Shown one piece after another: positions 28,101 to 38,945 of a stretch of DNA of 64,000 bases; within the stretch, counting starts at the first letter, position 1, and every line of letters starts with the position of its first letter. Under the pieces are notes generated by a model, which was given only the letters and a program-made list of their open reading frames with translations, had not been told where the DNA came from and did no database searches. The DNA is taken from IMG/VR virus record IMGVR_UViG_3300033153_000868, positions 32,001 through 96,000 of that record; one strand, written 5' to 3'. Source of the DNA: a virus. A program made the position numbers and the translations under genes.

Positions 28101-31100
28101 GAAATATAGCTGTTGAACCATAATATACAGGCATAAAATCAACAACTCTTATGTTTACAGCTGAATGTTTATCTTGTGTTGGTATACGTACTCCAAACAA
28201 CTTGGCTACTGCATCTGGTATTGAAGCATTTGAATTTTCTTGAATTAACTCCATTACATTTCTATCCATAGGAGGCATAATAGTTTCACTATATCTTACT
28301 CCTGTAGGCTCCCCATTTACAACATCATCATTTTGGTATTCCATAACCCCTGTTCTAAGAACATCAAGAACAAGAATGCCATCATGTTTACCATCAACAA
28401 GATCATTTATATTTTCTAGGCTCTCTCCATTATAAGAACTTTCTCTTACAATCTCAGATCTAATAGGCATACCGTTTTTCATTTCATATACACGTCTGTA
28501 AACCTTATGACCAAATGAAGATAGTAATGCAACTGAAGTACCAGGTACTTTTTCTCTTAGTGTGCCTTTGCTAAAATAAGTCAAGAAAAGTTGTTCAAAC
28601 TTTTTAGCTGTTACCGGACTGTTTAAATTATACTTTTGAACACCATCTTCAACTCCAAAGAACTCAAGTAAGTTTGATGCAGCTCCTGAAGCCATAAGAC
28701 CTTTTTGTGCTTCTAATAAAAATGCAGCAAGATTTGGGGTAATGGCTCCTTTTTCTTTTGATAATTCTAACTCATCAAGTGCCGTGTCAAAACTAAATAC
28801 TAAATTTCTTTTGTTTTTGTATTTTAAAGTTACTCTTTCTCCTACTGCTTTGTTGTATGCGTCTCTTACTTTTCCTACAGTATTTAACTCAGGGCTTCCT
28901 TCTATAGTAATTTCTACATCATCACTTTGTTCAGAAGTTATAAGCTCCTTGATTTGGTTCATATCAGTTACTATAATCTTGTTAGAAGGGTTTACAACTT
29001 GAAGACCCAAGTAAGATGTGTCTAAATTAATAGATTGCAAATCTTGTGTTGTATCAAATACATTTGACTCAAGTAAATTAATCCCCTGTTTTAGCATTTT
29101 TATTGCTGAAACTGGAGCCGCCATTGCAAAGTTTTTATTTGCTTCTTCATTAGCTTCCATTTGTTCACGTAAATAATGAAGCTGTTGCATGTTAGGTTTA
29201 GCCTCCCACGTACCTGTTTTTTGATTATAGTTGGATGTATACTCTTTTGTTAAAACGGTAACTGACATTTTTAAAGCAGTTTTACCATCCATATATACAA
29301 ACTTCTTAGAGTTTATAAAGTCCTGTTGCTTTGCTAAATTAATAGAGTTTTCAGCAGAACCCCATGCTCTATCAGCATTTATAGACTCACCCTTATCAAT
29401 GCTATCTAGCATACTTGCCATTGCAGGACTTAATCTACCAAATGCAAAAGTAGAATATCTTATACCTTTTGTAGTAATATAAACTTGAGCATCTGCTAAT
29501 TCAATATCATTACCTGTAAAATCAGACTTAGCTGTTGGATCTTGGAAAGGATATAAATCAAAATTAGTACTAGAATGAGTAATACCTTTATTAAGATCCG
29601 TAATTTCACTATAGGCACTATAGTATGCGGCATTCTGTAGTTTTGCTCTTTTAACTTTATCAACCATGTCTTTTAAAGATACAGCTTGATCACCAAGCAG
29701 TAAATCATTCATTGACTTAGAATTGATATAGTTGTTAAAAAATATTTGTTTTAAGTTATATGCTGAATCATTTGTAAGATTTAACTTAAGTTGTGATAAT
29801 TCAACAGCACCTCTAGAAACACCAGATGCAATAGTTAATCCGTTTAATACTTGCGTAGAAAGATTATCTTTTGCTTTTAATGATGTAATCACATCATCAA
29901 ATTCTTTAAAGCTTTGCTCTAAGCTTTTATTAACTTCTGATCTAATAGATGCATTTGTTACACCTACAGCTAGTGACACAGCTTGTTTAAAAGAAACCGT
30001 CTCTCCTTGTTTAGCTTTATCAATAGCAACTTGTATTAATGCTTTTTTGGTTGATTCAGAAAGCAATAATCCATTATTAGTAAATTTGAATGCTCTGCCT
30101 TTATCAGACCTATCACTTTTTTCATTATTAAATCCTTGAATATCACCAGGTGCATTTTCAAATGCTAATGTTTCTTTGCTAATTCTATCAAACTCAGCCT
30201 CTATGCTATTTATAAATACATTAATAGCTTCTGGTGTAAGAACAACATTACCGTTAACTTCAGTAACTGCTTTAATAACAGGCAAACTTGTTAGGTCTCC
30301 AGTGTTAGCTGCTTCCATTACTCTTAAAAATACAGGAGCCATTGCAACTTGTTGGCCACCTTTTCCTTCTACAGTTTCAACTCTACCCGTTCTTCTGTTA
30401 AAATTAGAAACATAGTTGTTTATAATAGCTATAGCAAACTCTTGTGGCGTAAACTCTCCAAAACTTTGTGTTGATTTATTTTTTGATATAGATTCATTTA
30501 ATATATCTTCAACAGCTTGATCATTTTCAGCGTTTGTAATTTGCTCTTTAATTTTACTACCAGCAACTCTTATTACTTTTAGTCTATTCTGATCAGATAA
30601 GTTTAAAAATGCTTCACTATTAAGCAAATAATTATTTGATAAAAAGTCTTCACTTTTTAATTGTTCAATTTTAGATCTGTTATTTAATGACCCAATGCTT
30701 TTTAAATGATATGTAGGTAATTGATGAGCATATACAATATCACCATTAGGATTTATAAATGTTGATGATCCAATTGTTTCATCAAATGCAGCATTAGAAA
30801 TACTAAGCTTAGTAAGTCTTGATGCCATACCATCCTGTTTAGTGGAATATATATTTGCATTTGTACTAAACCCAGAATATAATTGATCTAATAAATCATT
30901 TGTTATTGGTTCCTCTGTATATCCATCTGACAATGCTTTTAATTCAGGACTGTTTTTTAAGTCAGCTTCTGTTTTAGATTTAGCAATACTATATGCAATG
31001 TAGTTAGGGCTTAATCTAATACCTATTAGATCAAACATGCGTTGAGAAAACTCTCTAGACATTTGATATGCTAAAGATGTTGACTCTGGATATGAAGTCA

Positions 31101-34100
31101 TTGCCTCTTTCATATCTTTAGTAAGGCTTAAGAATTGCTTTAATCTCTTAGGGTTAGCTGCAGCAAGTTTTCTTTTTGTTATGTATGCTTGAGCCCATTC
31201 ATCTAACTGAGCATTAATATCATCTCTTTCAGATGCAGTATATACTAATAAGTTACCATTACCATCTCTTTCATTAAATAGATAATCAACCTTGTAGTTT
31301 TCAAATCCTTTTAATATTGATATCAATAATGAACCATCTTTAACATCTTTAAATGGTTGCTCTGATGTTAGACCTTCTATTGTTAATCCCGTATCATTAA
31401 ATAATTTATCTACAACCGCCTTACCTTGTGGATTTAATCTAGAATATGCATACATTCTTTTAAGCATAACTACAGGATCACTTTCATTTGAAACTGATTT
31501 TAATAAGCTAGTATATGCTTCTTGAAATTTAACAGGAACAATCAATGCTTCACCCTCAGTTAATTCTGTCTTACCAAAGAAGTCAGTATCAACCATTGTT
31601 GTAGTAGCTATATATGATCTTACTTTATATGATAAAGAGTTAAAACCACCTATCTCTGCTGCATCTTTATTAAAGTCACTTGTACTTCTTATACCTGAAG
31701 TCTCTTCAACATTTTCTATTTTTAATTGATTAGCCTGATCCATATCAGAAATAACATTAATCAAAGCAAACACTTCTTTTTTAATGTCTTCAGGATAATT
31801 TATAAATGCCATATCAATTTGTTCAAGATATGCTTTCTTTGTTCCAGAAAAACCTTTGTTGGCTTCTCCCTCTGGATCAAGCATAATCATGAAATCTGTT
31901 TCAAGATCATTATATACTTTTGTAGGGTTATATGACTTCTCAGTTAATGATAATTCATTTACTCTATTTATAAACATACCAGCCATAGATCTAATTAAAG
32001 GATCTATTACATCTGAGTCAACATATAGCTCTCCTGCAGGCTCACCATTTTCTACAGCTTTAGATGCTGTGTCATATCTAACTAATGCATTGGCAATACT
32101 AAACGCACCGCTTAAAGAGTCATCAAGTTGTGTAAATTCATTAAGTTGTACAGGGGCATTTTTAAATTTACCTGAATCTATATTTTCATATAACGTTAGT
32201 AACTCTGTAGAAGAGTACTTAGAAAATACAGCTTTAATCCACTCTATTAACTTAGTAAAAAATGATTTTATTTCTGTATCTATTTTTGAGCTTCTTGGAT
32301 TCATTTTGAATGCATCAAATTCATCCGCCATATATTCTTCAGCAAACTCATTTTCTAACTCAAGTTGAGACATTTCTTTATATTGCTCAGCTGAATTCTT
32401 AAACTTTTCTAATTCTATTTTATACTTAGATCCATACTTGGCTTTTAATTCTTTTTTAGCAATGCTTCTATATCTATCAATCTGCCCTTGAGTAAGAACT
32501 GTTCTAAATATACTATGGAATGCCTCATGGTATTTATAAGGGCTTAATGGGCTTGTATATATAATACCGTTTACATCTACTCCATTAGCTACCCTATCTA
32601 AATTTAATACAAAAGAACCTACTCTTTCATATCCTTTAGAAATACCATTGTCAGCAAGAACCAAAAGATCTTCTACACCAATTATATCTGGTAAATTATC
32701 ATTAGCCCAATCTAAAAACTCATTGTAGTCTTCTATACGCTCTACTTCTGATGTTGCTTGTACTAGCTTATTAGCTCCTCTTTCTAGTTTTTTTCTTTTA
32801 GCTAATAAATCTTGGTACTCCTTGCTTTCTTTAATAGCTTTTATTTTATCCTTCTTGGTAGTTAGGCCTTCTTCTAGCTTCTGCTTTAAAGCACTAAGCT
32901 CATTTTTTACACTATCAAGAGTAGTTTCTTTTTCTGATTTTTCTACAGCTAGTGCACCGGCTCCTCCACCTTTAATCACCATAAGGTTAACTAACTGTTT
33001 AAAGTTTGAGTCTTTCATTAACTCTTTTTCTCTTTCAGTTAATTCAATCCCTCTGAGTATTGCATTAGAAATGTGATCAATATTTTCTTGATATTCTCCA
33101 AAGTTATTATTAGATACATCATCTACCATTTTATCAAACTCAGCTTCTTCCATATCAGATACGGAATCCTCTGCTTCTGCAGATGTAGGTCTATCTCTAC
33201 CTACTGCTGATTCCATTTCTAACTCATTGCTTTTATCTGTATTAGGAATATATGCAATATCACGTGATAATTGTATAGAATCTGATGAAGCAGAAACTTC
33301 TGCTGTTTGATTTTTTACTACTTGTGGTAAAACTTCAGTAGTACTATTTTCATATATTACATCAGGAGATACACCTGTTGCAAAAGATTTTCTAAAGTTT
33401 TTATTTTTTAATCCTGCATTTAAATCATCTACTGTTTTATCTTGATTATACTTTGCAAGTAAGTCTTCAAATACATCTTTAGCAAACTCTTTTGCTTCAA
33501 CTTCTTCTGGTTTTAGACCAACATTTAAACTTGTTTTAGTGCTTGTATTATCTAAAGAAATAAAAATAGATCCGTCAGGTCCTACATTTAACTCTATTAA
33601 GTTACCCGAATAACTACTTAAAAACAATCTTTCATTTAATTCTGCATTATACTTTGCAGCTTCTTCCATACTTTTTTCTGAATCTTTTATAGCACCTATT
33701 CTTTTAGCTGCCTCAACTACATCTACATATAATTCTTGTAATTCAGTATTAGTATATTCAACCGGTTTTAAATTTACTTTTGCGTATGTACCATTTGGCA
33801 ACCTAACCATAGCTAGATATCTGTCAGTACCCTTTCCTGCATCCAGTAAGTTATCCCACTGATTCTGCATTCTAAGTTGTTGCTCTATTGCTTCTTCTAA
33901 AGCCTCTCTTTCTTTACCTTTTAAATTAGTAGTAAAGTCATAAATTCTTTTACCTGTCTCTTTATCATATTTTAAATCAAATACAAATAAGTTACCTTCT
34001 TGATCTGCTGTATTGTACTGCAATGCATCCATTGATATAGGATAAACCGTTTCTCTAGATTTAGCATATGCAACTTGACCACCCCCGGCTACTAAGTTTA

Positions 34101-37100
34101 TATTAAAAGGAAGCTCCTTAGAGTCTGCCATAAAATATGAAGGCTCACTACCTATATTTAAATTATCAAATGTTTGTACAATTAATGCATTTATTGCAAA
34201 CGCTCTGTGCACTTTCTCTAGTGCTTCAGCTTTTTGTTCTTTGTTTAATCCTTTTTCTGCTAGTATAACATTGCTTGCTTGTTCTCTAGTCATAGATCTA
34301 GGATCTATAGGACTGTTTGTACGTTGATCTCTAATTAAAAAAGATTCATTGTTTATATAAGCAAAAATTCCTTCCTCACTATTGGATGGTTCAATGCCCA
34401 TCTCAACTAGTTTTATGTTAATACTATCACGTAAATCAGATGTAGCTGCTCTTATACCAATGACGTATTTACTTACTAATCTATCTATTAATGGGTTTGC
34501 TTCTTTATATATTTCACCATCTCTATTTTTAGCAACATAAGCACCTGTATTGTTACCGCCATCAGAAGTTCTCATAACAACCAATTGCAATCCTGCTATT
34601 TCTTCAGGAGAAAGCAAACTAAGAATAGCATTATATCTTTCTATTGCTTTAGCATTATCAGTACCCACACCACCTTCAGTATAGTTTACATGAGGATAGA
34701 ATGAAGTTAAATCTTTTAATTGAATCTTAGTTACTGTATCCGGAATCAAGTTAAATGTAGTTTCTTCTAAAGTAAACTTGCCATTAAACTCACCTTGTGG
34801 AATAAACAAAAACTTTCTTTCTGAAATAGGACCTGTATTATCAGATTCTTTAATTACTTTAAGCTTTTGATTTTCTCCATACTTTTTAGAAAACCTTGGA
34901 TCTTGAACAACTATATATTTTACACCATCTTTGTATACTATTTGTCCATATGTTAATCCATCAACACCATCAAAACTAAATGGAGTTGTGGAGTCTACTA
35001 GATTTGCATTCAAAGATTCTAATGCTTGTTTAGCTGTTTTACCTTGTCCAGATAAAAATACTCCTTGTACTGATTTAAAATTTGTATCTATAAAGTCTAA
35101 GATATCATCTGATAACTCATTCCCTTTTTTATCCAGGAGTTTATACATTTCAACAATTTCTCCTGTTTGGTTATCTACTACTGATATCTTATATATATCT
35201 GCAGTAACACCTTCTTTATAGAAAACTCTTTGAGGTGTATCTTCTAGCGCTTGCCCTTCTTCTAAACTAACATCCTTACTTTCAACAATATCAGACATTT
35301 CAACACCTGATTGATTTAGTATTGATGTTATAACAGGGTTGTTAATTAAAACTTCAGGGTCTTGTAGAAACTCTTCAAATCCGGTATCATTTTTTATTAC
35401 ATCTTTTTCAAGCGGATTGATAAACTCTAATATGCCCTCAACATTTACTTCAGGTTTTCCTGATGCCCAAACCTTTTTTATAGCATTAACAACATTTCTA
35501 ATATTCACTGCTTCTGCAGTATTCATCCATTCAGTGCTATCTAAAATAGGCTGTCCTAATCTTGCTTGTTTTGCTCTATATTTATTATAACTTCTTTTTA
35601 AAGCATTGACTAATAAAGGGCTATTAACACTTACATCAATTTTAATATCTATTCCCGCTTTATCTAAAAGCATATCTAGTGCAGATCTAGTTTCTTCACT
35701 TTCTTCAATAGATATTTCTTCTTCTGTTTTTACTTCTTCAGGTTGAGTGCTTTCTGCTCTAGTTTCTTTATAAACGTTTAGGTGACTTTGAATTTGTTTA
35801 AATAATACTGAATGTACTTCTGGTACAACCTTACCATTATCATCATAGAAGTCCTGTAAAAATGTTACATTACCTGTTTCCAAAAACATTTTTGTTTGTG
35901 AAATAGCCGGGTATACGCCCATTTTACCTAACTGATTTATTAATTCATTTGCCTCAACAATACTTACATACTGCTTTAACATTGCTTCAGTTATCTTAGA
36001 ACGCTGATTATAAATCTCTTTGTTTACTTCGTATTGTCTTTGTTGAATCTCAGAAAACTTTTCTGGATTTTGCATGTATTGAATAGCTTTATCATATACA
36101 CGTGCTCTTCCTTTTAAAGCACCGTAGTCAACAATTTGCTCAAGAGCTGCATCTATTTTTGATTCATCAGCAAATGTACCAGCAGCAGATGCCATGAATC
36201 TTACATAGTTTCTAAATTCAGTTCTAAGCTTTCCTTTTAAAAGTTTGTTTCTTTTAAAGGTTCCATTCTTAAATCTATTCTTTGGATCAGTAATGATTTT
36301 TTGAATGGCTTTTAGTCTTTTTATTTTTTCTTTTTTTGTTTTATTAGATTCTCCAATACCTTTATCTGAACCTTCAGTTGCAATAATCTCAAGGTTAAGC
36401 ATATCTATTTCATTCTGAATTGATTTTTCATCAAGCAAGTTTGTTATATCATTTGCTGACATTTTATCAAATAGCGGATCAGATTGTAATTTAGTGTAGA
36501 TACTATCTGCTCTTTCTAATGCTCTTGTAAATCCATCATTAGTAAACATATATAAATAACGCACATGTTCATATGCTTCTTCATTTAACATTTCTCTAAT
36601 GTATTCTCTTTGTTGAGTCTTAGGATTAAATTTATTTTTGTTAAAAGGGTTTTTATATTTATCCTTGTTTAAATTATAAGACTCCTCCATCTTATCAATA
36701 CCCACAAGCATATCATTAATACGTCCTCTTAGCTTACCATCTTTTTTATCTTTATTAGATACGCCTGGAAATGCTTGAGCTAACTCTTCATCTGTTAATT
36801 CTAAAAACCCTCTTAATTGATCTTTAAAGTGTTGTGACCCATTACCAGCAAACATTGTATAGTATTGTTGGAATTTAGCTCTATCAGCACTATCAACAAA
36901 ATTAAATATATCAAGAGCACCCTTTATGTTTTCAGCTGCTTCTTTCTGAATCATAAAGTTTAATCTGTTTACATCAAATAAACTAGAAGGATCTATTGCT
37001 TGCGCATCCCAAGATTTATTATATGATTCTACAACTTTTTGAATCATATTTTCTCTATTAGTCTTGTACTCTGTATATGCTTCCTTTTGAGACTTAGTTG

Positions 37101-38931
37101 CTAAACCTATACCTGCTTCCTGAAGACCATAGTTATATATAGAAGGTATACCTTGAAAGAATAACTTTTGAGGACCTTGCACTAAACCACCCATTAAAAA
37201 ACCAGATAAAAACACACCTGCTCCCTCAGATGAAAACTGATCACCCATTGCTGATAGTATCATTTGATTTTTAAGTGCTTCACCACCTTGAGCTGGATTG
37301 TTAAGTACTTCTGTATAGTAACCTACTGTTGCTGCAGAAATAGCTTCCTGTCCAATTTCTTGTATACCTTCAGCAACATTGGCTGCAAAATAATCAAGCA
37401 TAGCTATACCACCCGAACCAACAATACCTTTAAAACCTCCTGCTTTAACTTTTGCTAAAGTGTTTTTGAATCCACCACTTACATATTTAAATGGGCTTTT
37501 AATTACTTCACCTGCACCATTGATAACTTTTTTACCTGCGGTGTTAACAATATTTTTATTTATGCCTTTCTGAAATGTAGAACCCAAAGTCCTTTGTATT
37601 CCTCTTTGAAAACCACCCATAGCATTACCAATAACAAACCAGTTACTAGCATATATAAGAGGTGCATTACCCAATAATGTTTTAAATGCAGCTTGATTAG
37701 CAGCATTAGATACATCTCTACCATCAGTAATACCTTGTCCGCCACTAAAGTTATTAGCATCTGTAAGACCTTGCTTAAGAACCTTGTTGTAAACCATACC
37801 TGATTCCAATTTACTTTCAGCCATTGCTAAATTTACAGCTCTAAGATCTCTATAGAAACCACCAAAGCCAGAACTCATTTTAGCAAGATTAGTCATGTTT
37901 TGCCCAGCATTTTGTGCTGTCTTCATGTTTTGGAATGCTTTTACTGTGTTTGGTGTAAACCCTTTTCCTAATGTATTAATCACCATTTTTCCACCTGTAA
38001 CAGAAGCATTATAAAAATCTCTTGCTGTTTCAAGCTGTTTTGCTTTTTGAAGTATCTTTCTTGTTCTATCAAACAGTTTGCTAAAACTGTATATAGCTTT
38101 TCCTGCTTTAGCAACATTTGCAACAGTTTTTGCACCAGCAGCTGGAGCAAGGGTACCTCCAGATAAACCAGAAATACCAGCTAGGATAATTTCTTCAACA
38201 ACAATAGAACTTAATATACCAAATGTATATGCAGAGTTAGCTGCTAAATTATTAAAGAAAGCACCAGCACCTCCTCTGGTTGATGAAGCAATTCCCATGG
38301 TATCTTCAAACTCAGTTGCAGATTCAAAATCAGGAGCTAAGTAATCTCCTCCTGTAGCAAACTCATATACAGAGTTTAAACCAGTGCCAGCAAGAGACAT
38401 CCATTGACCTCTCATTCTAGCCATGTCATCCCAGATAGTAGAGTTTGCATTATAAAAGTTTTCCATATTAGAATATGGTGTATAACCTAACTTATCAAAT
38501 TCAGGATGATTATAATATCTCAAAAATTGACCCTGCCTCATACCAGAAAAAACAGGAGTTATCTTGCTATCAACAAATGGTTTTGGATCTAAAGTTAATA
38601 CGTTCTTAACTTTTGTATAGTCATTTTCTTTAGGTATATCTTGAGTTATTGGATTATATGTATCAGTTGCAAAACTAGGTACACCAACTCCTAATGAAGC
38701 CATAGCACCTATACCATACTTATCTATATCTGCTTTATATTCATTAACACCGGAAATATCATCTGCTGCTAAACCACTACTTAGCAAATAGTCATTAAAG
38801 TTTTCTTCAGGAGTTTCAAACATTTCTGCCATAGGCTCAAAGCGGAACTGCCCTTCAGGTATAATGCTTGGGGCAGGTCTTTCTTGATTTCTAATCTCTT
38901 GCTGTAATGGCTTGTTAGATTCGTTTTCCAT
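25108..38931 (-). CDS. Virion-packaged DNA-dependent RNA polymerase polyprotein (crAss/phi14:2 gp66-type) with zincin domain
   Basis: 4607 aa; RIPTQDKHS and GADFDIDK (28054-28077, aa 3619 onward); HEAFH...EEYMAD zincin (32515-32529); Gly/Ala-rich hydrophobic N-terminal region. Confidence 0.88.
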   Translation of the reverse strand: MENESNKPLQQEIRNQERPAPSIIPEGQFRFEPMAEMFETPEENFNDYLLSSGLAADDISGVNEYKADIDKYGIGAMASLGVGVPSFATDTYNPITQDIPKENDYTKVKNVLTLDPKPFVDSKITPVFSGMRQGQFLRYYNHPEFDKLGYTPYSNMENFYNANSTIWDDMARMRGQWMSLAGTGLNSVYEFATGGDYLAPDFESATEFEDTMGIASSTRGGAGAFFNNLAANSAYTFGILSSIVVEEIILAGISGLSGGTLAPAAGAKTVANVAKAGKAIYSFSKLFDRTRKILQKAKQLETARDFYNASVTGGKMVINTLGKGFTPNTVKAFQNMKTAQNAGQNMTNLAKMSSGFGGFYRDLRAVNLAMAESKLESGMVYNKVLKQGLTDANNFSGGQGITDGRDVSNAANQAAFKTLLGNAPLIYASNWFVIGNAMGGFQRGIQRTLGSTFQKGINKNIVNTAGKKVINGAGEVIKSPFKYVSGGFKNTLAKVKAGGFKGIVGSGGIAMLDYFAANVAEGIQEIGQEAISAATVGYYTEVLNNPAQGGEALKNQMILSAMGDQFSSEGAGVFLSGFLMGGLVQGPQKLFFQGIPSIYNYGLQEAGIGLATKSQKEAYTEYKTNRENMIQKVVESYNKSWDAQAIDPSSLFDVNRLNFMIQKEAAENIKGALDIFNFVDSADRAKFQQYYTMFAGNGSQHFKDQLRGFLELTDEELAQAFPGVSNKDKKDGKLRGRINDMLVGIDKMEESYNLNKDKYKNPFNKNKFNPKTQQREYIREMLNEEAYEHVRYLYMFTNDGFTRALERADSIYTKLQSDPLFDKMSANDITNLLDEKSIQNEIDMLNLEIIATEGSDKGIGESNKTKKEKIKRLKAIQKIITDPKNRFKNGTFKRNKLLKGKLRTEFRNYVRFMASAAGTFADESKIDAALEQIVDYGALKGRARVYDKAIQYMQNPEKFSEIQQRQYEVNKEIYNQRSKITEAMLKQYVSIVEANELINQLGKMGVYPAISQTKMFLETGNVTFLQDFYDDNGKVVPEVHSVLFKQIQSHLNVYKETRAESTQPEEVKTEEEISIEESEETRSALDMLLDKAGIDIKIDVSVNSPLLVNALKRSYNKYRAKQARLGQPILDSTEWMNTAEAVNIRNVVNAIKKVWASGKPEVNVEGILEFINPLEKDVIKNDTGFEEFLQDPEVLINNPVITSILNQSGVEMSDIVESKDVSLEEGQALEDTPQRVFYKEGVTADIYKISVVDNQTGEIVEMYKLLDKKGNELSDDILDFIDTNFKSVQGVFLSGQGKTAKQALESLNANLVDSTTPFSFDGVDGLTYGQIVYKDGVKYIVVQDPRFSKKYGENQKLKVIKESDNTGPISERKFLFIPQGEFNGKFTLEETTFNLIPDTVTKIQLKDLTSFYPHVNYTEGGVGTDNAKAIERYNAILSLLSPEEIAGLQLVVMRTSDGGNNTGAYVAKNRDGEIYKEANPLIDRLVSKYVIGIRAATSDLRDSINIKLVEMGIEPSNSEEGIFAYINNESFLIRDQRTNSPIDPRSMTREQASNVILAEKGLNKEQKAEALEKVHRAFAINALIVQTFDNLNIGSEPSYFMADSKELPFNINLVAGGGQVAYAKSRETVYPISMDALQYNTADQEGNLFVFDLKYDKETGKRIYDFTTNLKGKEREALEEAIEQQLRMQNQWDNLLDAGKGTDRYLAMVRLPNGTYAKVNLKPVEYTNTELQELYVDVVEAAKRIGAIKDSEKSMEEAAKYNAELNERLFLSSYSGNLIELNVGPDGSIFISLDNTSTKTSLNVGLKPEEVEAKEFAKDVFEDLLAKYNQDKTVDDLNAGLKNKNFRKSFATGVSPDVIYENSTTEVLPQVVKNQTAEVSASSDSIQLSRDIAYIPNTDKSNELEMESAVGRDRPTSAEAEDSVSDMEEAEFDKMVDDVSNNNFGEYQENIDHISNAILRGIELTEREKELMKDSNFKQLVNLMVIKGGGAGALAVEKSEKETTLDSVKNELSALKQKLEEGLTTKKDKIKAIKESKEYQDLLAKRKKLERGANKLVQATSEVERIEDYNEFLDWANDNLPDIIGVEDLLVLADNGISKGYERVGSFVLNLDRVANGVDVNGIIYTSPLSPYKYHEAFHSIFRTVLTQGQIDRYRSIAKKELKAKYGSKYKIELEKFKNSAEQYKEMSQLELENEFAEEYMADEFDAFKMNPRSSKIDTEIKSFFTKLIEWIKAVFSKYSSTELLTLYENIDSGKFKNAPVQLNEFTQLDDSLSGAFSIANALVRYDTASKAVENGEPAGELYVDSDVIDPLIRSMAGMFINRVNELSLTEKSYNPTKVYNDLETDFMIMLDPEGEANKGFSGTKKAYLEQIDMAFINYPEDIKKEVFALINVISDMDQANQLKIENVEETSGIRSTSDFNKDAAEIGGFNSLSYKVRSYIATTTMVDTDFFGKTELTEGEALIVPVKFQEAYTSLLKSVSNESDPVVMLKRMYAYSRLNPQGKAVVDKLFNDTGLTIEGLTSEQPFKDVKDGSLLISILKGFENYKVDYLFNERDGNGNLLVYTASERDDINAQLDEWAQAYITKRKLAAANPKRLKQFLSLTKDMKEAMTSYPESTSLAYQMSREFSQRMFDLIGIRLSPNYIAYSIAKSKTEADLKNSPELKALSDGYTEEPITNDLLDQLYSGFSTNANIYSTKQDGMASRLTKLSISNAAFDETIGSSTFINPNGDIVYAHQLPTYHLKSIGSLNNRSKIEQLKSEDFLSNNYLLNSEAFLNLSDQNRLKVIRVAGSKIKEQITNAENDQAVEDILNESISKNKSTQSFGEFTPQEFAIAIINNYVSNFNRRTGRVETVEGKGGQQVAMAPVFLRVMEAANTGDLTSLPVIKAVTEVNGNVVLTPEAINVFINSIEAEFDRISKETLAFENAPGDIQGFNNEKSDRSDKGRAFKFTNNGLLLSESTKKALIQVAIDKAKQGETVSFKQAVSLAVGVTNASIRSEVNKSLEQSFKEFDDVITSLKAKDNLSTQVLNGLTIASGVSRGAVELSQLKLNLTNDSAYNLKQIFFNNYINSKSMNDLLLGDQAVSLKDMVDKVKRAKLQNAAYYSAYSEITDLNKGITHSSTNFDLYPFQDPTAKSDFTGNDIELADAQVYITTKGIRYSTFAFGRLSPAMASMLDSIDKGESINADRAWGSAENSINLAKQQDFINSKKFVYMDGKTALKMSVTVLTKEYTSNYNQKTGTWEAKPNMQQLHYLREQMEANEEANKNFAMAAPVSAIKMLKQGINLLESNVFDTTQDLQSINLDTSYLGLQVVNPSNKIIVTDMNQIKELITSEQSDDVEITIEGSPELNTVGKVRDAYNKAVGERVTLKYKNKRNLVFSFDTALDELELSKEKGAITPNLAAFLLEAQKGLMASGAASNLLEFFGVEDGVQKYNLNSPVTAKKFEQLFLTYFSKGTLREKVPGTSVALLSSFGHKVYRRVYEMKNGMPIRSEIVRESSYNGESLENINDLVDGKHDGILVLDVLRTGVMEYQNDDVVNGEPTGVRYSETIMPPMDRNVMELIQENSNASIPDAVAKLFGVRIPTQDKHSAVNIRVVDFMPVYYGSTAIFPKELVEISGADFDIDKVYALAKEYYLDSNKEFKAYGSGNSYFEYIKYMNQKASEPNNIYSTSSSLYKEETLAIRRENSLSDSEQNRVTDKQGVNSISEEALRAMLILGLPVTKKQFEEYSKKFGSPNEAVLNNNILDYRYVLAGNTGVTGETLKTIDQDAGEGKSDLPIAYQAADLKILEDLFDELSNVEGIELFASRKDSDVDIDTLHGMIKAFEANKGAAIGAIVKPNLALSLLREYNIKLARPIKFNNNTYDGFTKDKINGERIQDIISTLVTMETDNAKERLIAKFGLNIHAVGLVGNMVSLGIPLRTSILLVNSAEIRDLYDQALNKEDKFDAGLDTLLTKRIGSLASLVAKEKEGGNKPPFVKLSDEFLETAVDSTEDLTNNERLQILFLFERLNNIKNFTGKINKVTSLTQGLPSSIPEMKDAIETITSLFDKEAPMNIRPIYGKNSKTWQSTYLEIFGQIHNDLLPNTILTMSQDFNDILEPTYNQMNVDSRGFDNVAKNGIEQDLLSYLTIKSYQHLLNNSSGNSSVENTLLYPGPVGTTNLSLIKKIEDLQLLRAEQGAEPNYFLDNFVGTQYAGTQGNNTGMNLVKADTWRRLNASNKLDLQTSFAKLYGSLETREIAEDILHYMMVKDGLQLKYGSLMSAMSPFIMNKYLKNVGSVEAALKGQVEFESVFGISKEEVMKDFKYGYLQSNVVGPLLVTYDASSLDEGFTFDPVSRPNKFTITSESFEHVNAKEFVRVKVERQGRDFYVLFRLLAKDNPNAKVTEYLEVPSMGSNQQFGGGFVGGPRLTYDQARNVGKGTTQNSLPQDRAAQLEQPAQQTSEVEYPVDTNLGAILEVNEVLNSDSAIVNQTTDSVTVKADIDAAETNISDMAKIMAELSANTDSAIFDETGNAIIEDTDMSIPEATELEQQEQEQLELDLFASEEISEASSLVEWWDANVEGNSAALEKLSGENIKTLDDAIALYGDLFSQTEEGEQEIIERLKCLI

Positions 38932-38945
38932 CTAATTTTGATTTA

